DNA of 63,855 nucleotides, filler included, from Pirum gemmata (Eukaryota): NCBI GenBank assembly GCA_002812295.1. It is 17 parts of 17 records of this genome, joined end to end, with 100 filler letters (N's around TTAATTAATTAA, not from the genome) between each part and the next. Parts side by side here need not be neighbours in the genome. Positions count along the whole stretch, not along the records: positions 23,889 to 27,528 come from PDIN01002289.1; positions 27,629 to 31,213 come from PDIN01002290.1; positions 31,314 to 34,918 come from PDIN01002291.1; positions 35,019 to 38,580 come from PDIN01002292.1; positions 38,681 to 42,255 come from PDIN01002293.1; 12 more parts are not named here. One strand, 5' to 3'. Shown piece by piece: positions 25,489 to 38,954 of this stretch (position 1 is its first letter; each line of letters starts with the position of its first letter). The notes under the pieces were generated by a model. It saw only the letters and a program-made list of their open reading frames with translations, ran no database searches and was not told where the DNA came from. The position numbers and the translations under genes were made by a program.

Positions 25489-27098
25489 AAAAAAAAAAAC
25501 ATATCGATACTACTATAAAAATTTAGCGAGGCTCGATCGAAAAAATGTATCATATACATACACGCTTTTAATTGGCTAGGCCTCTGGATTATTTTTTCTT
25601 TTACATTTTGCCAATCTTCCCCAAGGTTAACTGATAAATTGGGGTCTTCAAGCGATATCAGTTAGCGTTTACTATGCCTTCTTTTCCTTTCATTTCGTAC
25701 TCTTTGGGGTTTTTATTTTCTAAAAAGAAGCAAAAGACTCAAAACTACGTTACTACAACTAGAAACTACAACAAACATCTGCACAAGCATGTCTGAATCG
25801 ACTAATCAGCTGTCCCTTTTCTAATAATAATCCAAAAAAAAAAAAAAAAAAANNNNNNNNNNNNNNNNNNNNNNNNNNNNNNNGTTGTCCTCTCAATCTT
25901 TAATTGGTACTGTTTAAGTGTATAATTGAACTTTTTTATAAAATACAACATAAAGTATAAAATACCAAATTAATTAAAAAATGTCTGATAATTTAACCAT
26001 AATAATACGTTTATTTCAGGTTTTGAACTGGTAATACTACATTGAAAAACACGATAGCTAGTGTGATTATACTGACATACTCATACAACAGTATAACAAT
26101 AGCAATAACAACAACAACATATACTTAATTAAACAACAACGTTAACGACCAACAACGTTAATAATCAACAACAACCTAATAATAATTATAATAATATAAT
26201 ATAAAATAAGTTAATTAATTAAGTAGTAGAAATACCATTAGGGTTGGGGAGTGTTAGGGTACCGGTATCATAATCATACCACAAAAACTCATACAACGTT
26301 AACATTACAATATAATAATGTAAACATCATTATATTAGTATTATATATTATATTATATACATAATATATAATATATGTTATATTATATTATACAATATTA
26401 TATAATGTATATAATTATATAATATATTTATCTAATTTTTGGAATTTTTTATTATTATTATAATTATTATATTATAATTATTAATTTTTATTTTATTAAT
26501 ATTTTATTATCTATATAATATATCATCATACTGCAATTGATTTTTAAAAGTGTCGTTTTAACACTCAGTAGACTATGCCCAGAACAACTGGTAATTTTTT
26601 TAAAAAATAGTTTGATATTTTATATCTGCGTGTGCATCAAAAATACTTTGATCATAGTCATCTGAGTGACTCTGAGTGTCACCTGTGCCAATGTTATCGA
26701 TACTTTAGAATACTTACGAGAAGTTACGACATTGTCAACATCGACTAATACTTGAACATCGATTTTAAAGTTAGCATCCCCAACATGTTTAAATTTTGCT
26801 TTCTTTCCGGTTAAAATATTGCAAATATTCCTCTGGCAAGGAAAATACAATATTTGAATAGAATATTATAATATTTAATTTTTTTTAAAACTGTAATATT
26901 AAATATTGCTACTAATTTTTAATTGTATTTATTATTGTAATTTTTGTTTCATCGTGTTTCCTCGCATTGATTGTTAAAAGTATGTAATACAATGTAGCTA
27001 TAATGTACTAAAGAATTTTTTCCTTAAATAATAAATAAAAACGTTACACATTCATAGTCGCTATTGTAATTCATTATTGTTTAAAAGTTGCAATTGCC

Positions 27099-27347
27099 TT
27101 AGTCGTCTTTGTCTTCGTCTTTGTCTTTGCCACAGCACTTAAAGGTTGGTATTATTATACAAGGTTTTTTACACCCATTAGTATGAACATCATTTTTTTC
27201 TTCACCATCCACTAAACTTAACATTTTAGTAAATTGCTCTTCACTTACATCAGATTTATAAATTTCAATTTCTGGTACTGGGCTACTTATTGCATTTTGA
27301 AACAAGGTTGATAAAACCAAGGATAATAATATAAAATAATTTTGCAT
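27099..27347 (-). CDS. Small secreted Cys-containing peptide precursor (82 aa)
   Basis: Signal peptide MQNYFILLSLVLSTLFQNAIS, an acidic spacer, then GCKKPCIIIPTFKCCG. Good AAAGATG start context. Confidence 0.7.
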   Translation of the reverse strand: MQNYFILLSLVLSTLFQNAISSPVPEIEIYKSDVSEEQFTKMLSLVDGEEKNDVHTNGCKKPCIIIPTFKCCGKDKDEDKDD

Positions 27348-27669
27348 CTTTATTTTACTTATTATAAATTATATTTTCAAATTTCAAATTTAAATGTGTT
27401 TTTTTTTTTTTTTAATTGAAGAAAACTGTGTTTTAATTAGTTACTTTATATTTTTTAATTTTTTTTCAAAATTTACTTCTTTTATAATCAAATTCTGTTC
27501 CTTGTTATTGTTATTATTATTATTATTANNNNNNNNNNNNNNNNNNNNNNNNNNNNNNNNNNNNNNNNNNNNTTAATTAATTAANNNNNNNNNNNNNNNN
27601 NNNNNNNNNNNNNNNNNNNNNNNNNNNNTATTATTATTATTATTATTATTAAATAACTTAACCTGTATT

Positions 27670-28790
27670 TTGTATACGGAAAGAAATGAAAAACGATTAT
27701 TATTAACTAATTTAACCTGTATTTTGTATACTGAAAGAAATGAAAAACGATCATACTTTTATCGTGATCCTAGTAATGGAAAATGGAATTGGCAGTATAT
27801 GAATAGAAGATTTACTTGTCTTTCCCTTGGTTCCAAGGAGAATGTAAATTCTGAGTCATCCATCTACGAAGTGGAATCTAGACGGTTTATGAAATTCACA
27901 TCCAGAATAAATAGCCCGTATGATGCCTTTAAACCGACACAAATAGATGTTGCTTGTGATGGCTCAAAGGTAACAATTAATACTAATATTACTATTGCTA
28001 TTGTAATTACTATTACTATTACTATTACTATTACTATTACTATTACTATTACTATTACTATTACTATTACTATTACTATTACTATTACTATTGATATTAA
28101 TACTACCTCTATCACTATCACCATTACTACCCTAACCCTAACCCTAACTATTAGTATTACTACCACTTTTACTATTACTATTACGATTACTTTTACGATT
28201 ACTATTAATGTTACGATTAAAATGTTACGATTACGATTACTGTTACTATTACAATTACGATTACAATTACTATTAATATTGTAAACTATTTTTTAATGTT
28301 ACTATTACTATTACTATTACTATTACTATTACTATTACTAATATTATTACTATTACTATTATTAATATTATTACTATTATTATTACTATTATTACTATTA
28401 TTATTACTATTATATTATTATTACTATTACTATTACTATTACTATTACCATTACTGTTATTGTTACTAATACTTGTATTGTTACTATTACTATTACTGAT
28501 ATCATAATTCTATAATTATTGCTTTTATATTGTAGGTTTGGTTGTTAGACGAAACGAACAGACTAGTATCTTTCGAATGGGAAAAAAGACGTGATTCTCC
28601 ATACAGTTATAGGAGTGATATTTGGGCTACAGGTACTCTAAAATACATTACTGCAGGAAAAAGTAGTAATGAAATTTATAGTGTCGATAATGATGGTAAA
28701 GTTCATTATTGGGATGGGGGTAGCACTAGGGTGTTAAGTTTAACCCCGGTTATGAAACAAGTTGAAGCTGGTTCCAGCAAGTGTTCTTAA
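27670..28790 (+). CDS. Tectonin / fish-egg-lectin-like beta-propeller protein, last two exons (about 27670-27969 and 28536-28790)
   Basis: Phase-0 intron AAG|GTAACA...TGTAG|GTT joins QIDVACDGSK|VWLLDETNRL. Further repeats are LKYITAGKSSNEIYSVDNDGKVHYWDG and MKQVEAG. The intron is an (ATTACT)n microsatellite. Confidence 0.65.
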
Positions 28791-29282
28791 TTAAGAAATC
28801 GAAATGAATTTCATACCCAATACCTTTAAAAAAAAATATAATAAAAATTATGGAGCGGGACTGTCTGATTATGGCTCAAGGAGATTTGAGATTTTTAATA
28901 ATCCAAGTATTGGTATTATACAAACTGAATTGTAACCATGTATTGCATTATGTATTAATAAAACTCGTCTCGATTGATAATATTATAAAATGAATCGAAA
29001 AAGATTCAACGCCCTTAAAATATTACTAATATAACAAAATTATAATTATTTAGGGTTAGGGTTAGGGTTAGGGTTAGGGTTAGGGTTAAGGCATAACTAC
29101 TATCAGGTTTATTGAAAATGTTACATAATACTCTCAAAGAAAGACAGGCCCCACGCAAAAGAGACAAGAACATACTATGCGCAGCATAAGGAAGGTAATA
29201 TGAAGCGAACAGCACACTAATAATATATAAATAATAATAACAATAATAATAATAATAACAATAATAATAATAATAATAATAA

Positions 29283-30297
29283 TAGGGTTAGGTTTATTGA
29301 ATATAGAGTAGAGGTTAGGGCAGGTTTGTAAAAAGGTTAGTGTGGTGGGTTAGTAATTTTGGCTAATAATTTTGGTTAGTAATTTTGGTTATGATTTAGG
29401 TTCGTAAAGAGGTTAGGGGTTAGGTTATTAGTTTGGTTAGTAATTTTGGTTAGTGAAAAGAGTTTGGGATTTAGGTTAGTAGTTTGGTTGGTAATTTTTG
29501 TTAGTGAAGAGGGTTTAGGATTTAGGTTAGTAAAGTGCTTAGGTTTTAGATTAGTAGTTTGGGTTAGTGAAGAGGATTTAGGATTTAGGTTAACAAAGAT
29601 GTTAGGGTTAGGGTTTTAGGTTAGTAGTTTGGGTTAGTGAAGAGGGTTAAAGATTTAGGTTAGTAAAGAGGTTAGGTTATAGGTTAGTAGTATGGGTTAG
29701 TGAAGAGGGTTTAGGATTTAGGTTAGTAAAGTGGTTAGGTTTAGGGTTAGAGTTAAGGTTAGAGGGTTTAGGTTTTAGGGTAGTAAAGAGGTTAGGTTTT
29801 AGGTTAATAGTTTGGGTAAATGAAGGAAAGAGGTTAAGTTTTAGGTTAGAAGTTTGGGTTTAGTGAAGGGGTTGGGATGGGGGGTTAGTATTTAGGTTAA
29901 TAGTCTGGGTTAGTTGGTGGCTTAGGTTATAGCAGTTAGGGTTAGTAGGATAGTAGTTTGGGTTTACTGAACGGGTTGGGATGGGGGGATAGTATTTAGG
30001 TTAATAGTTTGGGTTAGTTAGTAAGTTAATGTTTTATAAGTTAGTGGGTTAGGTTAGTAGTTAAGGTTTGTAGTTTGGGTTAGGGAGGCAGGTTAGTTAA
30101 AAAGGTTTTAGGTTAGGGTCAGGGTTAGTAGTTAAGGTCAGTAGTTTGGTTAGTTAAAATGGTTGGGATTGGGGTTAATTTTCTAGGTTAGGGTTAGGGT
30201 TAGTAGTTAAGGTCAGTAGTTTGATTAGGGAGGCAGGTTAGTAGTTTGCGTAGGGTTTAGGCTTTAGGGTGAGGGTTAGGGTCAGGGTTAGGGTTAC
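29283..30297 (+). repeat. G/T-rich satellite derived from telomeric repeats (about 60-bp unit)
   Basis: Repeated GGTTAGTAGTTTGGGTTAGTGAAGAGGGTTTAGGATTTAGGTTAGTAAAGAGGTTAGGTTTTA units, almost no C. Confidence 0.8.
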
Positions 30298-30340
30298 GGC
30301 ATACCTACTATCAGAGTTATTCAGGCATAACCACTATCAG

Positions 30341-31143
30341 AGTTATTGAAAATGTTTATAATTCTCACACAAAAGAGCCAAAAACATGTGACCGACATAC
30401 TATGCGATAATAATAATAATAATAATAATAATAATGGTATTAGTAACAATAACAACAACCACAATGATTACAATCACAATAATGATAATTATAACTTTAG
30501 CATTATTAATGATAATGATAATGATAATAATACCAAACATGATCTTGATTTTCCCCTAGTTACAGAAACTTATAGTAACAAATTACAACGTCGTTATTAC
30601 ACATTACATTCCAGACATAATAATAGAAAACCACAGAGAACAAACTCCCAACCGACTTATTACCGCAGGTCTTTAAGTATATTAGATACCAAAACACCAA
30701 CATTAACATCATCATCAACATTTCCGATTACAGTGCAATCTATTTCATCAATTACCAGCCCAATATCATCATCATCACTGCCACCATCATCACTATCACC
30801 ATCACTCTCACCATCACCATCATCACCATCATCATCATCATCAATATCATTAACATTAGATACAATGACAAATACAACAACCTCCACGAATACAATAACC
30901 ACAAACACCACCACAACAACCACAACCACCACCACCACCACAACAACAACAACAACAACCAACTGTGAACCGAAATTTATTACTAACAAAATGGGAGAGA
31001 TAAGGATTAGCAACAATTCCAATAAAAATAACCATAATAATAATTATTTGACTAAAGATATTGACTATGAAAACGAATATGACTGCGTGACCCCAGAAAT
31101 TTTGGAGGAGCTTTCTAGCCGACGATATAAAAGCAGTTTTTGA
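30341..31143 (+). CDS. Low-complexity (N/S/T-rich) terminal exon of an unknown protein
   Basis: About 800 bp open frame after a TATCAG acceptor-like site, with non-repetitive segments (LDFPLVTETYSNKLQRRYY; ENEYDCVTPEILEELSSRRY). Confidence 0.45.
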
Positions 31144-33278
31144 ATTCCCAAATAAGGAATACTTAGGGGTTAGGTTGGAGGTTGGGGTTGGAATAAATAA
31201 ATAAATAAATAAANNNNNNNNNNNNNNNNNNNNNNNNNNNNNNNNNNNNNNNNNNNNTTAATTAATTAANNNNNNNNNNNNNNNNNNNNNNNNNNNNNNN
31301 NNNNNNNNNNNNNAATAAAAAAAGTATTTTTTAAAAAAAAAAGTATTTTAAAAAACAGAAACCACTAGAGTCTACCACTAGATTGATATTCTTATGATTT
31401 GGGAATTTTTAATTTTAATTAACTATTTTTTTTTTTAAAAAAAAACAAAGTATTTTAAAAAAAATTAGCAAAGAATTATAAATACAATGAAACGCTTGAG
31501 CAGAGGGAAATCTTAAAAAACACTGTTTGTTACGTCGTCATTAACAATTATATTATGTACTTTTTTTACACTTTAATTAAATTAATTAACATATATTTAA
31601 AAGACGAAAAACAAAACCAAAAATAATGACACATTATTATGTACTATGTATAATAGTAAAAAAACATAACAAAACAAAACAAACAAAAATGGAACTTATT
31701 TTAAACTAACACAACTAATACCATATAGCTACCATAATATATATTATATACATCATTATACTTCATTATGATAATTATACATCATAATAAAATAAATATA
31801 TATATTGTGGTATATTCAAATATAGAAAAAGTTTCGAAAGACCAAAATCTGGTTCCATTTACATAGACATTTGCTGGTGAGATTTGAGTTGGGAACTCGA
31901 TGGAACAAAAACACTTGATATTTTAGCATTGCTCGCAATTATTCCAAAATTTGTTTTTTTTGAAATTTTGTTTTCCTGTTTTATATTTTTAAGCACAGGT
32001 TAGACATTGAATAATCAAGTATTTTTATGTGTTTCATCTTTTGACTTCTTTTTTTATTTCACATATATATTATTAATTGGTGTATAATAAATTTTAATAT
32101 GATGTTATAACATATTATTTTATTGTATTATAACATCATTTTAACATGCATTTTCTTGTCCTGAATATTTATTTTGTTGGTTATATTATTTAAATTGATA
32201 TTTTTAATTTAAAATACTATTTATTAATAATGCATGTAACAATAATGCAGATTAAGACATTCACAAGTAATATAAATTGATATATTATAACTTTTTTTTA
32301 AAAAAAACCCCCCCCTTTCATAAAACCTCTTAAAATTATATGATATATTATGTTAGGGTTAGGGTTAGGGTTAGGGTTAGGGTTAGGGTTAGGGTTAGGG
32401 TTAGGGTTAGGGTTAGGGTTAGGGAGTGTTAGGGTTAGCAATGAAATAGATGATAGCTAATAGTTAATTAACATCTTCCATCCATAAACTAAATATATGA
32501 TAGTGGGGTAACAAAATCTGTAAATTTACTACTAATAATTTACCAGCAAGTCTTACTTTAGATGTTGGGCAAGTGTTGGGCAAAAAGTTGGGCAAAATTT
32601 GGGCAAAAAGTGGGCAAAAAAAAACCAATGAACGAAGAGTGGAAGGATTATATAAAAAGAGTTCTAATTTTGTATTGGTTATCTGATTGTTGTTAGTAGA
32701 CCATTAGTATCACAGTATCACACTATCACCAGTATTATAAAGATAATATTATATATAAATGGGATAAATAATATAGCCTATAAATATGATATCATTGGCG
32801 CATTTCAGTGTTTTCACTAACCGTGGTAGATGACACTATATGACACTAGCTAGTCTAGATGTTTTTTTTTTAAAAAAAAAAACTATCAGTACTAAGTGCT
32901 TTTCAATTTTTTCATCATTTTTTTTGTCATCACAGCAAAACTTAGTAAAGAATAGACTACCAAATTAATACAATATAAATCTGTTTCATTTCATTTAGTA
33001 TATTATATTATGTATTTTAATTTATAAAACATCATTTCTAACCTACCAAATAAATATTCAGAGTGTACACTCTTAGGGTTAGGGTAATGTTAGGGTTAGG
33101 GTAGAGGGTTAATGTATGGAATGCGGGTTTTATTATTATTTATTTATAAATAATTAATTGGTCAATATAGAAGGGAATTCTATCTTAGGGATATAGCGGT
33201 CCATTAACGGATGTTATAACTTGCAATCTTTACCCAGATTGGCTGTTTTTTTAAAAAAAGAAAAAAAAAAAAATCATG

Positions 33279-33441
33279 TATCGTGCATTGCGTCTAGGAA
33301 TCACCAACTTTTTGGGATATAGTAATAATAATATTGTATTTCGAATTTATAACTTTAGTGTGTTTGAAATGTTCGAGACGCCAGAAAAAAATTGGTCGCT
33401 TTTCCAAAAGTTAGTAAATGTTAGGCGTACTGCTGCACTAT
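33279..33441. mobile_element. MITE family H
   Basis: Ends TATCGTGCA...TGCACTAT. Inverted copies at 16525-16687 and 36575-36730. Confidence 0.7.
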
Positions 33442-35018
33442 CATATATTTTTTAAAAAAATAATCTTTTTTTTTTTTTAAAAAATCCCCACTAGTAGAGA
33501 CCTATATACTCCTATATCATATGAGGTCTCACAGTATGAGCTCAAAATCCAAAAAATCTCAAATTGCTCCCCAATTTTATTGCTCCCCAATTTAAAATTA
33601 TTTTTTTTTTATTTTTTTTTTTCCTCCAGATATTAGAATTGCGTGCGTTTTGGCAAAAAAAAAAAAAAAATAGGGACGCAAAGTTGCAAACACTATGTAT
33701 TTATCTCTTTGTCTTTCTTGTTTTTCTCTTTTTTCTTCACGAGCTACACGTCTTCTTGTTCTTGATGATTGAGGACCTTGGGAAAAAGTTCGAGATAATT
33801 CACCTTCTTGATTAACATTTTCTATTTCACTATCACTACTATCACTATTACTATAATCATAAGCATTTAAAGGATAAATTGAAATAACATTGAAGTTGAA
33901 AAATTGTAATAAAGATTTTTTTTTTTTTTTTTTTNNNNNNNNNNNNNNNNNNNNNNNNNNNNNNNNNNNNNNNNNNNNNNNNNNNNNNNNNNNNNNNNNN
34001 NNNNNNNNNNTTGAAAGGTCATTTTTGTACTGTTTTATTTTTCTGTGAAGTACAGGGGCAATTAATAAAATGTAGAGATTTTCAAAAAATGATTTAAAAA
34101 TTGGCGCATTTTTTTTTTTTTGGATAATTTTAGAGTCTATTTCCAAAGACCCCAGGAACCTTGATATATCATATTTATTAAATAACTTATACATGAGGCA
34201 TATTTCTAGGGTGAATAATATGTATAATGTCAGATTTTGCAATTTATCCAGCATGGATAGATGTTAATTAAAAATAGAAGTGAAAAAAAAACATAATATT
34301 CTAAACGGTTATGCATTTTTTTGTTACTCGAATATTTATTTAGTTGGTTTATCTTGTATTAATTTAGTACTCTTTATTACATATTTTATGATGGCAAAAC
34401 AACTGAAAAGCACTATAATGTTTTTTGTTTTAGTGTTGTGTGTTGTAGGCTTGTAGCTAATCGTTATCTCCCAAATCTTACATATATAGTCTATGCACCA
34501 TTTATGTATATTATAGTTAGCAAATATAGTATTTCGTGTAGCCAAATATATATTTTTATTTTTTTTTTTGTGCTATAAAACATATGATATTGTACTGTGC
34601 GTGATATTATAGTATTGTCATTAATATCATTGTTATCATTATTATCATTATTATCATTATAATCATTATAATCATTATATTATAGTGTTTATAGTTGATT
34701 GGTAATTCACAAACTACGTCTTGGAGTACTATTTTTAACAGTTCTTATTATACTTGGTTCTTTTTCTACTTTTTTTCAACTCTATGACCGAAAAAGAACT
34801 ACGTCTCCTCTTTCTATTATACCATCTTCCATTTCATTGTATAAAGTTTTCGGTTTGACGATATCCCAATCGGTAATTGGTACAGCCACCAACATATAAT
34901 AATAATAATAATAATAATNNNNNNNNNNNNNNNNNNNNNNNNNNNNNNNNNNNNNNNNNNNNTTAATTAATTAANNNNNNNNNNNNNNNNNNNNNNNNNN
35001 NNNNNNNNNNNNNNNNNN

Positions 35019-35050
<32 letters not shown>

Positions 35051-35594
35051 CACTATTATTATCATTATCACTATTATTATTAAAACACTAAATCACGGAT
35101 GACTGTTCCTTGTTTAATTTACAGTAATTTTTTTAGTATAAATTAATAAATTTTTGTCATATTTTAATTTCTCCAAATATGATTTATACAAAGAAAAAAG
35201 AGGTGAATGGCTCAGGTCATTTTTAAATAACATTATTATACTATTATTATTCTGTATTATTATAAGGGTTAGGGTTAGGATTCTGTATTATTATAAAAAA
35301 ATACATAGAAAATTTTATACTTATAATATTTTAAATTTGATAAATTTATTATTATATTATTATGAAGGGCTTTAATAAAAGTACAGACTATTTAATTTTT
35401 CAAATATTTCAAATCTACAGTTCAAATCTATTACATAACCCTAACCCTAACCTTTATCCTAACCCTAACCCTAACCCTAGCCCTAGCCCTAACCCTAACC
35501 CTAACCCTAACCCTAACCCTAACCCTAACCCTAACAGTCCCTAACCCTAACCCTTACTTTTGTTCGAAAACTGAAATTATAGTGAAACCCAAAA

Positions 35595-36572
35595 GCCGGA
35601 CGTTTTCGCTTGTTTGCACTTTATCAAATAACAGCCTATCAATGGCTATCATTGACTTCATTGCTCATTAACAAAAAAAAAAAAACATTAATATAAATAT
35701 AGTCGAATGGCGTCTCGTTATGGATTCTTAATACGGCAATATATGAATTAACAGACTACCATTGGCCCATTTAACGTTTTCAGTTTGTTTGTACTATATC
35801 AAATAACAGTCTATCATTGACTTCGTTAAAAAAAACATTTTAAAAAAAATATAAATATAGTCGAATGGCGTCTCGTTACGGATTCTGAATACGGCAATAT
35901 ATTAATTAACAGTCCATCATTGGCCTATTTAACGTTTTTAGCTTGTTTGTGTTATATCAAATAAAAGTATATCATTGGCTTCATTGCTCATTAACAAACC
36001 CTAACCCTAACCCTATTAGTTACCCTAACCCTAACCCCAACCCTAAAACCCTAACCCTAACCCTAACCCTAACCCTAACCCTAACCCTAACCCTAACCCT
36101 AACTAACCCTAACCTTTATCAAATAACAGTCTATCATTGACTTCATTGCTCATTAACAAAAAAAAAAACATTAATATAAATATAGTCGAATAGTTAGTCG
36201 AATGGCGTCTCGTTACGGATTCCTAATACGGCAATAACCTTACAGATTCCTAATACGGATATATCAATTAACAAATTTGGCCTTTTTCGAGAAATGACAA
36301 AATGATGTTTTTCCTCTCTAACTCGATCAAAAATTAGTTTTTTGAAAAAAAAAAAAAAAAAGGAGATTGATTCTATCATACCACTATAAAAATATAAACT
36401 CGAGAATTTCGAATGTATGTATGTATTCATTATTAAACTCGAAAATTTGAATTTCAAAAAAACCAAACAGACCAGAAATTCTGCTCGGCAGAAATCGAGC
36501 TTTTCGGTGCAGAAGGCAGAAACAGCAGAATAATAATAAAATATAGTCGAATAGCGTCTCGTTACGGAATAC
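35595..36572 (+). repeat. About 160-bp tandem repeat interrupted by CCCTAA arrays
   Basis: Core TAGTCGAATGGCGTCTCGTTACGGATTC at about 35700, 35858, 36195 and 36544. Confidence 0.85.
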
Positions 36573-36838
36573 GAATCAGCACGCCTAACGCATAACAACT
36601 ATTTGAAAAGTGGCCATTTTTTTAAGGCGGCTCGAACATTTCGAACACACTTAATTTATATATTTGAAATAGAATATTATTATTACTATGTCTCAAAAAG
36701 TTGGGGATTGTTAGACGCAATGGACCATACAATTTTTGGACTGGGCAGCACTATATATACATATATAGATATCTGATCAAAAATTATTCTCAACTTTTTT
36801 TTTGTGGTTTAGAAATAATAATTATTACGTCATTGCTC

Positions 36839-36863
36839 TTGGTGTTGTTGTTGTTGTTGTTGG

Positions 36864-36947
<84 letters not shown>

Positions 36948-36973
36948 NNNNNNNNNNNNNNNNNNNNNNNNNN

Positions 36974-37062
<89 letters not shown>
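36839..37062 (+). repeat. (GTT)n microsatellite spanning an N gap
   Basis: Direct observation. Confidence 0.95.
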
Positions 37063-38548
37063 ATTATTGTTATTTAATAATATAGTATAATAACAATAAT
37101 AATATATTATAATGATAATAATATTATAGTAAGCTATATAATATCAAATAATATTTTTTAAGTAAGCTAACACCGGTGAATAATAATAGTTACATAGTCA
37201 TAATATTGAATATTGAATGATGTATAATAATAATAATATAGTATAATATCAATAATAATATATAATTATAATATAGTAAGCTATATAATATCAAATAATA
37301 TTTTAAGTAAGCTAACACCGTACTCTTTTACATTATGTTATTAATACATAGTCATAATATTGAATATTGAATAAGTTATATAATATATTCCAGGCAAAAG
37401 ATCCAAACCCTAACCCTGATTCTATATAATATTATATATTATATAATTAATTTTAAAAGGCAAAGTACAATTGCAGCTACAAAAGATTAATAAATCTACC
37501 TTTATCAACACAATCAACACAGAATAGCGCTCCTACCCCAACCCTAACCCAAATACAGCTTCATATACCCATACCTACCTACCCCTCGGCGTTAATTTCC
37601 GGTCAAATATCACCTACTTACCTACCCCTTGACGTATCTGCTAATTATGATAAAATGATCTAGAAGTTATCTAGAGAGATAAATAATATGATGATATATC
37701 AAGAAGACAAGAACAATAGAAGACAAGAAATAAAATAAAGGACTGGACATTGGGCGCAGGAGTGCGCAGGAGCTGTGTTTTTTTCAAAACTTAATATTAC
37801 ATTCAACATTATATACATTCAATCAAACTTAATATTACATTCAACATTATATACATTCAATTACACTAGCAATTACTCAATCATTAATTAAATTATTCAT
37901 TACTCTCACTCAATCAATCTATCTTCAATTATTCATTATTCTTACAATTATTCAATCAATCTATATTCTCAATCTATTCTACATTCAATATACTACAACA
38001 CAATCAATCAATACTACTACAACTATACTACAACCATACTACAACCATACTACAACTATAACCATATGATACTACCACAACCAACATTACATATTAATTA
38101 CATTCAATTCATTCATTCAATACAACAAGAAACTCTAACAACTAGTATTTGGCCAGAATACTGTTTCCTTATTAATTAACACATTCAATTATTATAATAG
38201 CAAGTACAGTTATTACTATTATTATTATTCTATAGACTATAAACAAGTGCACTTTAATTTAGTTAGACTATACCTTTTTTAATCTATTAGTCCACTATTA
38301 TTATTAAAAAAACAATCACGTCAATTGTTTTAAATAAACAGTACTATGTCATACAACCGAAATGAGAAAACCCCTTCGTACAAAGCCTGTCAAGTTGTTA
38401 GTGTCAAGCTGTGTTTAATTAAATGTATCTTACTAACCCTAACCCTTCAAGTCTTTGGACAGTGTTTTTTAAACTTTTCTAAAGGAAAGGGAATGAGAAA
38501 TTGAGAATCAGCGAACTTTTTGGACTTTTTTGGATTTTTTGGACTAAT

Positions 38549-38580
<32 letters not shown>

Positions 38581-38746
38581 NNNNNNNNNNNNNNNNNNNN
38601 NNNNNNNNNNNNNNNNNNNNNNNNTTAATTAATTAANNNNNNNNNNNNNNNNNNNNNNNNNNNNNNNNNNNNNNNNNNNNATTATTATTATTATTATTAT
38701 TATTTATTCTTTTGTTGTTATTATTATTATTAAAAAAAAGAGTTAG

Positions 38747-38954
38747 CGCTTTATATTTAATGATGAAAGATCAATATGCGAATTATGTTGTGCAAAAAAT
38801 GATTGACGTAGCCAATGAAGAATTAAGAGATCAATTATTAATACAACTACGTCCCCATACCATTGTTTTGCGGCATTTTACATACGGAAAACATCTAATC
38901 TCAAAAGTAGAAAGAACGGTACCAGCTCCAACTGTCGTAGAACCAACCGTATAA
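38747..38954 (+). CDS. PUM: Pumilio (PUF) RNA-binding protein, last exon (repeat 8 and C-terminal cap)
   Basis: [22 protein letters not shown]...LRPH...[15 protein letters not shown] closely matches the classical PUM-HD end. Acceptor TTAG| at 38746. Confidence 0.95.

Noticed and set aside
33598..34254. 218-aa ORF
   Set aside because: It reads through an N gap and poly-A. Only about 33690-33880 looks coding and no family is recognisable.
36701..37090. Poly-Leu/poly-Val ORFs (also 11332-11543, 21841-22122, 27864-28166, 30660-31022, 44209-44683, 56372-56605, 59274-59459, 62798-63034)
   Set aside because: Products of simple repeats or antisense frames of real genes.
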